Shown: one piece after another, positions 57,962-64,000 of the stretch
How positions within the stretch are numbered: the first letter of the stretch is position 1
Layout of the letters: each line of letters opens with the position of its first letter
NCBI GenBank assembly: GCA_963780095.1
Contig: CAWABH010000053.1
Coordinates: 60,273 to 124,272, forward strand
Source of the DNA: an uncultured Alphaproteobacteria bacterium
GTDB lineage: Bacteria; Pseudomonadota; Alphaproteobacteria; Acetobacterales; Acetobacteraceae
Reading direction: 5' to 3'
DNA: 64,000 bases
Translations under genes and position numbers: made by a program
Notes under the pieces: generated by a model
What the model was told of the DNA's origin: nothing
Databases searched by the model: none
The model's input: only the letters and a program-made list of their open reading frames with translations

Positions 57962-60046
57962 ATGGTTGAGACGTCGCTGGTATATATACACCGGATACGA
58001 CCGACGAAGACATTCGTCGGCTGCGGTGTGCTTGTGACGGGCGATTGCATAGCCACCTGCCGCCACGTCTGGCGGGCCGCTACGGCGGAGTTCCACAGCG
58101 ACGCGGATGGTCAGCCGAGGGCGCAGGTGGAATTCCCGCAATTCTGGCGCGACGGCACGCGGATGACGTGTGGCGTGTCGCTGGCCGATCCGTGCCGTGC
58201 AGGCCCGGACGGGCCCGAGCCGGATCTCGTGCTGCTGCAACCCGACGCGGTTCCCGAGAGCGCAGTTCGGCTGGCCCCGGCCAGCGCGGAACGATACGAG
58301 ACCGGCAACGGCTATGCCTTTGCCGGCCTGCCGGGGCGCGATCCATCGAATCCCTCGCTGGTGCAGGAAGTGAATGTTCCCGGGGTCATTGTCAGCACGT
58401 TGCGCAGCGATCGGCGCCGCCAGTTCTCCGGGGCGAACCCGCAAGGCTACTGGACAGACCGCGGATCGAGCGGTTCTCCGGTGTTCCTGGAAAAAGGCGA
58501 GCAACTGGCGGGGATCATCAGCCTGTCGGAGACCGGCAGGAAGTCCGGAGAAAGTCCGATCCACGAGGCATTCGTGGTACCCGGCACACTGATCCGGCGA
58601 TATCTGGAGGCACTCGCCGCTGTCAGGCGGGTTGCAGAAAGCGAACGGGTTCCTGCTGCCCGGTTGCAGCCCATTTTAGATGCGATCGGTGCCGCCGATA
58701 CGCCGCCGGACCAGATGCCCGAGCGGCTGCATCAGTTCGTCGAGGCTGCGAGGGCGCGCGGCGCGGAACAGGTGCGGCTGTCGAATGAGGGTGCCGACAT
58801 CGACGCAGTGATCGGTGCGGCGCGTGACAAGCTTGGCGCGCTGGACGTCGCGGGTGCGCGCGGCGTGTTGCAGGCGAAGATCGCCGAGGAGGATGACGCC
58901 AGGCGTGTCCGCATGCTGCCGCTGCTGAAGGAGCGTGCGGCGATCGAGCGGTTGGCGTTCGACCATGCCGCGGCGCAGGCGACATTCGGCGAGATCACGC
59001 GGCTTTCGCCGGATGATGTGTGGGCCTGGATCGACCTGGGCCGCGAGTGGCTTGCGACCGGTCCGCTGGACAGTGCCCTCGGAAGTTTCCGCTCGGCGCA
59101 GGCGGCGGCCGAGAGCAGCAACAACCAACGGGACCTGGCTGTCAGCCGCAATTGGATTGGCGATGTGCTGGTGGCGCAGGGCGACCTGCCGGGCGCCCTG
59201 GAGGCCTATCGCAAGAGCCTCGCAATCGCGGAGACGCTGGCCGCGCGCGATCCGGGTAACATCCAGTGGCAGCACGACCTGTCGATCAGCCACGAGAGGC
59301 TCGGCGATGTGCTGGAGGCACAGGGCGACCTGCCGGGCGCGCTGGATGTGTATCGCAAGGGCCTCGCGATCAGGGAGACGCTGGCGGTACGCGATGCCCG
59401 CAACACGCAGTGGCAGCGCGGCCTGTCGGCAAGCCACTTCAGGATCGGCGATGTGCTGAAAGCGCAGGGCAATCTACCTTGCGCAATGGCCGCCTATCGC
59501 AAGTGTCTGGAGATCGCAGATAAGCTGGTGGCGCGCGATCCCAGCAACACACTTTGGCGGCATCATCTGTTGATTAGCCATGAGAGGGTCGGCAATATGC
59601 TGATGCAGCAAGATGATCTGCCGGGCGCGATGGCCGAGTATCGCACGCGCCTGGAGATCGTAACGGCGCTGACGGTGCTCGATACCCACAACACATTTTG
59701 GCAACGCGAGCTGGCAGTCAGCCACAACAAGATTGGCGACGTGCTGAAAAGGGAGGGTGACCTGCCGGGCGCACTAGAGGCCCATCGCAAGAGCCTCGCG
59801 ATCAGGGATACGCTGGCGGGACGCGATGCCGGCAACACGCAGTGGCAGCGCGACCTGTCGGTCAGTCTCGGACGAGTCGCAGATACTCTGATCGAGCAAC
59901 GAAATATCACCGAAGCACGACCTCTGGCGGAGCGCGCCCTGACACAAGTCCGCGCCGCGATCGCCAGGTTTCCCGACGATCCACGCATCGCACGGGATTT
60001 GCCCTATTACGAAAGTCTGCTCCTCCGCGCTGGTGGCACACCATGA
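57962..60046 (+). CDS. trypsin-like serine protease fused to TPR-like (48-aa) repeats
   Basis: S1 triad: His35 (ATCRHVW, CAC 58064-58066), Asp88 (EPDLVLLQ, GAT 58223-58225), Ser170 (DRGSSGSPVF, AGC 58469-58471). A helical linker follows, then at least 5 units of ..WQRDLSVSHxxIGDVLxAQGDLPGALEAYRKSLAIRETLAxRDPxNTQ.. The ATG has no obvious SD. Confidence 0.8.
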   Translation: MVETSLVYIHRIRPTKTFVGCGVLVTGDCIATCRHVWRAATAEFHSDADGQPRAQVEFPQFWRDGTRMTCGVSLADPCRAGPDGPEPDLVLLQPDAVPESAVRLAPASAERYETGNGYAFAGLPGRDPSNPSLVQEVNVPGVIVSTLRSDRRRQFSGANPQGYWTDRGSSGSPVFLEKGEQLAGIISLSETGRKSGESPIHEAFVVPGTLIRRYLEALAAVRRVAESERVPAARLQPILDAIGAADTPPDQMPERLHQFVEAARARGAEQVRLSNEGADIDAVIGAARDKLGALDVAGARGVLQAKIAEEDDARRVRMLPLLKERAAIERLAFDHAAAQATFGEITRLSPDDVWAWIDLGREWLATGPLDSALGSFRSAQAAAESSNNQRDLAVSRNWIGDVLVAQGDLPGALEAYRKSLAIAETLAARDPGNIQWQHDLSISHERLGDVLEAQGDLPGALDVYRKGLAIRETLAVRDARNTQWQRGLSASHFRIGDVLKAQGNLPCAMAAYRKCLEIADKLVARDPSNTLWRHHLLISHERVGNMLMQQDDLPGAMAEYRTRLEIVTALTVLDTHNTFWQRELAVSHNKIGDVLKREGDLPGALEAHRKSLAIRDTLAGRDAGNTQWQRDLSVSLGRVADTLIEQRNITEARPLAERALTQVRAAIARFPDDPRIARDLPYYESLLLRAGGTP
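59123..59902 (+). repeat. in-frame 144-bp (48-aa) tandem repeat array inside the protease-TPR gene
   Basis: The GA(C/T)CTGCCGGGCGC register recurs at 59183, 59327, 59615 and 59759, with a diverged AATCTACCTTGCGC at 59471. The period is exactly 144 bp. Confidence 0.85.
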
Positions 60047-60419
60047 ATCCCAGATGGCGCGGGCTTTCCCGCCTTGCGTTCGCATATTTCATGGCTCATG
60101 TCGCGAGGATACCAAATGCCTGCCGAGCGCCGTGAGGTGGCTCCATAACGGGCACAATCGAGTAGCCCACACCCGCATGAATTCGAGTTTCAAGGCCAGC
60201 ATGCCGCAATGCAGGACGAAGTGCCATCCCGTATCATCGAGCCGGCGTCGCTGCGTTGCCATCTCGCTTTGCTGGCGGCGCTGCTGCCAATCGAGGAGGA
60301 TTTTCCGCCAATCCACGAGCTACCACCTGAGCCGGTCGATTTCTGACGCGCGCTACCTGTCAGATACCAACATCGTGTTTGGTCTGGCACCGCCGCGCAG
60401 GCGGCGTAACTCCCGCCAG

Positions 60420-60727
60420 TCAGAACAAGCGGCGAAGATCGCGCCGTCCATCGATAATGCGGACGATCTCCACCACATCGACTGCTATGTCGCTGCTATC
60501 CGGATGCATTGCAAATAGCAGAGATTTGGCCGATGCACCAAGGCGCGAAGGCCCGGCCTGACATCCGAGCGCTGCGGCCCCATACGCGGAAACATCGCAA
60601 GCGTCTCGATCCTTGCCGCGATGGCACGCACGACCCTCGTCGCCGCCCGAGTGCTATCGGCTGCGATTGCCAGCCAGATGTCCTCAAGATCGCGTTCAGC
60701 CCGAGCCGTGACGACAATGCGCGTCAC
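60420..60727 (-). pseudogene. parE: ParE/RelE-family toxin; -1 frameshift near 60528 as assembled
   Basis: (GTG)TRIVVTARAERDLEDIWLAIAADSTRAATRVVRAI..FPRMGPQRSDVRPGLRALVHR then, in the other frame, KSLLFAMHPDSSDIAVDVVEIVRIIDGRRDLRRLF*. The GTG start overlaps the parD stop (GTGA). Confidence 0.7.
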
Positions 60728-60998
60728 TCGGCTACGGAGCGGGTCTTTCTGGCGTGTGCGGATGCCAGAATCCGCTCAACGTCAAATGGCTGCGTCGCAC
60801 CATCGGCGCGGCCTTCATCCCACAACGCACGAAGGCGTTGCACGTCCTCCTCATTCAGCGCGTGCCTGACCTGCCAGTCGCTGATTGCTTCCTGAACGAT
60901 TGCGTCAGTCGTTGCGTACCCACCAGCATCGACGGCTGCTGAAGATCGGCAAACTGCGTCTCGGTGAGTTCAATAGTCACGGTTCGGACGTTCGACAT
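60724..60998 (-). pseudogene. parD: ParD-family antitoxin; -1 frameshift near 60936 as assembled
   Basis: MSNVRTVTIELTETQFADLQQ then, in the other frame, AVDAGGYATTDAIVQEAISDWQVRHALNEEDVQRLRALWDEGRADGATQPFDVERILASAHARKTRSVAE*. Confidence 0.7.
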
Positions 60999-61134
60999 GT
61001 CAATGCGGATCCCGGTATCGCGCAACTATAATGGTTGGTGACCACCGACGTCCACAAACGCTGTGGTGCGATCACTCGACAGTTGCCTAACATCGCACCA
61101 GCATCTACGCGAACCAATCCGAAGGGAAACGCCA

Positions 61135-62187
61135 ATGGCAGACAACCCGCGCTGGACCAACCGACCCGCCGGCTCCACCTGGGGCGATTTCGGCGCCGAT
61201 GACGAACGCGGCCGCCTGAACCTGCTGACGCCGGAGAAGGTCCTGCAAGGCATCGCCGAGGTGAAGGTCGGAAAAACGTTCTGCCTCTCTTTGCCGCTCG
61301 ACTATCCGGGCGGCGCCATTCTGTCCCCACGCCGCTTTCCGCCCGTGCTGAAGCCGACCATGCGCGGCGACAAACCCAACATGAACTACCCGCTGCGCTG
61401 CGACGACCCCACCGCCACCGACATCGTCTGCGACGATCAGGTGATCCTGACGCTGCAGTACTCGACGCAATGGGACTCACTTGCCCATGTCGGCCAGATG
61501 TTCGACGCCGACGGCGACGGCCGCACGGAAGACGTGTTCTACAACGGGTATCGTGCCGGTCGCGACATCATCGGACCTGCGTACTACGACGCGCAGGGCA
61601 ACATGACGCCGTGCGACGAACCGCAGGGCGCGCGTCATCTCGGAGTGCAGAACATGGCGGAAGCCTGCATGCAGGGCCGCGGCGTGATGATCGACCTGGA
61701 AGCGCATTTCGGCCGCAGCGGCCATATCGTCTCCCACGCCGAACTGATGGAGGTGATGCGGAAGGACCATGTCACCGTCGAACCCGGCGACTTCGTATTG
61801 TTCCGCACCGGCTTCGCGGAAATGCTGCTCGAGATGAACAAGCAGCCGGACCGCGAGAAGCTGATGGCCGGCACCGTCGGCCTCGACGGTCGCGATCCCA
61901 GCCTGCAGCAGTGGGTCACCGACAGCGGCGCCGTCGCGCTGATCTCCGACAATTTCGCAGTCGAGGCGATGCCGGCGCGCCCCTGCATGGACGATGTCTG
62001 CGCCACGCTGCCGCTGCACGCGCACTGCCTGTTCAAGCTCGGCTGCTATCTGGGCGAAATGTTCTACCTGACGGAACTCGCGGACTGGCTGCGCGCCAAC
62101 AACCGCAATAGGTTCCTGTTCACCGGCCCGCCGCTTCGCCTGCCCGGCGCGGTCGGTTCGCCGGCAACACCGGTTGCCACGGTGTGA
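61135..62187 (+). CDS. cyclase-family protein (kynurenine formamidase-like fold)
   Basis: DERGRLNLLTPEKVL...GKTFCLSLPLD...TQWDSLAHVG...GVMIDL are cyclase-family patterns. ATG 61135. Confidence 0.7.
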   Translation: MADNPRWTNRPAGSTWGDFGADDERGRLNLLTPEKVLQGIAEVKVGKTFCLSLPLDYPGGAILSPRRFPPVLKPTMRGDKPNMNYPLRCDDPTATDIVCDDQVILTLQYSTQWDSLAHVGQMFDADGDGRTEDVFYNGYRAGRDIIGPAYYDAQGNMTPCDEPQGARHLGVQNMAEACMQGRGVMIDLEAHFGRSGHIVSHAELMEVMRKDHVTVEPGDFVLFRTGFAEMLLEMNKQPDREKLMAGTVGLDGRDPSLQQWVTDSGAVALISDNFAVEAMPARPCMDDVCATLPLHAHCLFKLGCYLGEMFYLTELADWLRANNRNRFLFTGPPLRLPGAVGSPATPVATV

Positions 62188-62189
62188 CG

Positions 62190-62828
62190 CTACGGCAGGG
62201 CGGCGCCGCCGGACAGGTCGGCGGTCTTCTGGTTGAGGCTGTCGATCAGGGCCTGGGCGCCGCCACGCGCCACCAGCCGGCGGAAGTCGGAGCGCTGTAC
62301 GGCGACGCGGCTGATGGACCCGTCAGCCAGCACGTCCACGGCCTTCCAGCTGCCGTCCTGGCGCATGACATAGTCGAGTTCGTGCGACTCGCCCGAGGCT
62401 GACGTGATGCGCGTCTGCACCAACTGCTCGCCGTTGGGCAGGCTCTTGACCTCGGGTAAGGTGTCGAAGTGCTGACCGTTGTAGTTGTTGAAGCTGTTGA
62501 CATAGTTGGCGATCGTGTACCTGCGGAACGCTGTCAACAGCACGGCGTGCTGATCCGGCGGCAGGCTGCTCCAGACCGGCCCCACAGAGACCTGCAGGAT
62601 CGCCGACAGATTGAACACGCGATCGATCACCGGCGCCAGCATCGCAAAGCGTTGCTCGAACGGTGTGGAGTTGCCAGCCTTCATGATGCGCAGCAGGGCG
62701 TCGCAGAGCTCCTTGATCGGGGCGACGGGCGCCTGTTGGGCCCTGGCCTGACGCGTGCCGACCGCCATGCCGATCCATGCCAAGGCAACCTGCAACCCGC
62801 GCCGGCGGCCAATGGAGGCTAGCGGCAT
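62190..62828 (-). CDS. MlaC/Ttg2D-family (toluene-tolerance / HpnM-like) periplasmic lipid-binding protein
   Basis: Signal peptide. F..R...L.P.I...F....I...SVG..W..L...Q......F....I..Y and SRVAVQRSDF are typical of the family. Confidence 0.7.
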   Translation of the reverse strand: MPLASIGRRRGLQVALAWIGMAVGTRQARAQQAPVAPIKELCDALLRIMKAGNSTPFEQRFAMLAPVIDRVFNLSAILQVSVGPVWSSLPPDQHAVLLTAFRRYTIANYVNSFNNYNGQHFDTLPEVKSLPNGEQLVQTRITSASGESHELDYVMRQDGSWKAVDVLADGSISRVAVQRSDFRRLVARGGAQALIDSLNQKTADLSGGAALP

Positions 62829-63089
62829 GATCTCTTTCCCCGTCTCAACGATGCGCCAGAGGTGCCCCGGATAGGAGGCCGGGCCGAACCGCTAGGCTTA
62901 TCCTCCGGCCAAGACCGCGGTCAACTCAGCCGCCCCAATGGCAGAAATGTCCTGTTGGGCATGGCGGATGCGTGCCTGAACGCGCTCAATCTGTTCACGA
63001 TCCTGTGCGTCGCCACAGGCGACGCGCCCCGGCGTCATAATGTTGGTGAAAGCAATAAGCCAAATCAACGGCTCAAGGAGAAATTCGGT

Positions 63090-64000
63090 TTGCCGGTCCA
63101 CAGCTCTGTTCTGAACATCGCGGATGGCGTTGCGGATGCGCTGGGGATCCTTCGCCAGCCCCTGGACGCCGATGCCCTACTTGCGGTTGCACAGCGGGGC
63201 AGTGGGCTCCGGGACTTCGGCGATACCTCGTTCGTCGATCCGTTGCGACGGCTCCTGGCCTCCTGCGCCGAGGAGGCATCGCTCAGCCTGGTCGGTCGCA
63301 TGGCAACGCGGTGGGACGTGTTGCGGTTTCTCACCAACCTGTTGCGGTTCCATGACGCGGAGCGGCGCGACCCCGGCATACTCCATCAGCCGATCCACCA
63401 ACCGATCTTCATAACCGGCCTGCCACGCACGTGGCACCACGTTCCTGCATCGGCTGCTGATGGAGGATCCCGACAATCGAGCCCCGCTGGTCTGGCAGAC
63501 GATCTATCCATATCCGCTGTCGAAGGGGGGCCATGGTGAGCGTGATGTGCGTCCGTCACGCGTGGCGCGACAACTGCGGGCCTTCGAGAGGCTGGCCCCC
63601 GATTTTCGCGGACTTCATCCGCTCGATGCGGATTCACCGCAAGAGTGCAGCGAGATCACTGCACATGTGTTCCGCAGTCTGCGCTTCGACACGACGTATC
63701 GCATTCCGACGTACCGTCGCTGGCTGGATGACGACAGCCATCTGCCGGCCTACGAATTCCACAAGCGCTTTCTCCAGCACCTGCAGAATCAGGTTGGCGG
63801 TGGTCGATGGGTGGTGAAATGCCCTGATCATCTTTTCGCTCTGGACGCCATCCGCGCGGTCTATCCCGACGCGCGGCTCGTGTTCGTGCATCGCGACCCG
63901 GTGAAGGTGCTGCTCTCGGTCGCAAAGCTGACCGAGGTGCTGCGTCGTCCCTTCACGCGGCGGATCGACCCTGGGGAGATCGGCGTGCAGGAGAGCGGCC
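63090..64000 (+). pseudogene. sulfotransferase-family protein, 3' end outside the window; +1 frameshift at 63429 as assembled
   Basis: ..PIFITGLPR|(R)GTTFLHRLLMEDPDNRAPLVWQTIYPYP..RWVVKCPDHLFALDAIRAVYPDARLVFVHRDP gives a 5'-PSB-like GLPRxGTT. TTG 63090 lies 9 nt after AAGGAG. The second part has no stop before the window end. Confidence 0.7.

Noticed and set aside
60033-60518. A 161-aa plus-strand ORF and a 75-aa minus-strand ORF (60089-60316) between the protease-TPR gene and parE.
   Set aside because: They are Cys/Arg-rich with odd composition and overlap the more plausible VapB-like frame and the parE 3' end. They are treated as non-coding shadows.

Overview
High-GC (by eye about 65%) alphaproteobacterial chromosome segment. 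Gene content and two palindromic REP families suggest Bradyrhizobiaceae/Nitrobacteraceae (Bradyrhizobium/Rhodopseudomonas-like); this is from memory, not a search. There are about 60 genes, mostly core metabolism. They include a six-gene cytosolic NAD(P)-linked, group-3b-like [NiFe]-hydrogenase cluster with an extra cNMP-binding subunit (1.5-6.5 kb), metY, a SorAB-type sulfite dehydrogenase, manC, nnr, malonyl-CoA decarboxylase and an AceE-like E1 enzyme. Also present are class I fumarase, a queuosine super-cluster (yhhQ-queA-tgt-queF-[Uma2]-queG), tRNA-Val(GAC), otsA and three tandem TfdA/TauD dioxygenase paralogues. Most interesting: (1) At 57.6-61.0 kb a small conflict-type islet holds a Trypco1-like (CU044_2847-like) gene placed divergently, 18 bp from a trypsin-like protease fused to 48-aa TPR-like repeats. 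It sits next to a ParDE module and a VapB-like remnant; this class was predicted computationally and, to my knowledge, has not been tested experimentally. (2) A SelW-type selenoprotein gene (CGA-U-GY motif, in-frame TGA at 18660-18662 plus a downstream hairpin) is invisible to stop-to-stop ORF calling. (3) Three Uma2-family endonuclease paralogues are each wedged at the 3' flank of a metabolic gene, one with an in-frame amber codon. (4) Two AT-richer islets carry a PD-(D/E)xK-like nuclease and an orphan 308-aa protein. (5) Two REP families and a roughly 135-175 bp MITE-like palindrome are present. Major caveat: at least 14 single-nucleotide frame disruptions hit otherwise well-conserved genes (tgt, queF, acyl-CoA dehydrogenase, E1, ParD, ParE, a sulfotransferase, and six in one regulator). 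This is most simply explained by assembly indel errors, so 'pseudogene' calls here mean 'frameshifted as assembled'. ORF-track starts are maximal (ATG/GTG/TTG); I trimmed them to the most plausible start using RBS and homology. No rRNA or CRISPR array was seen.
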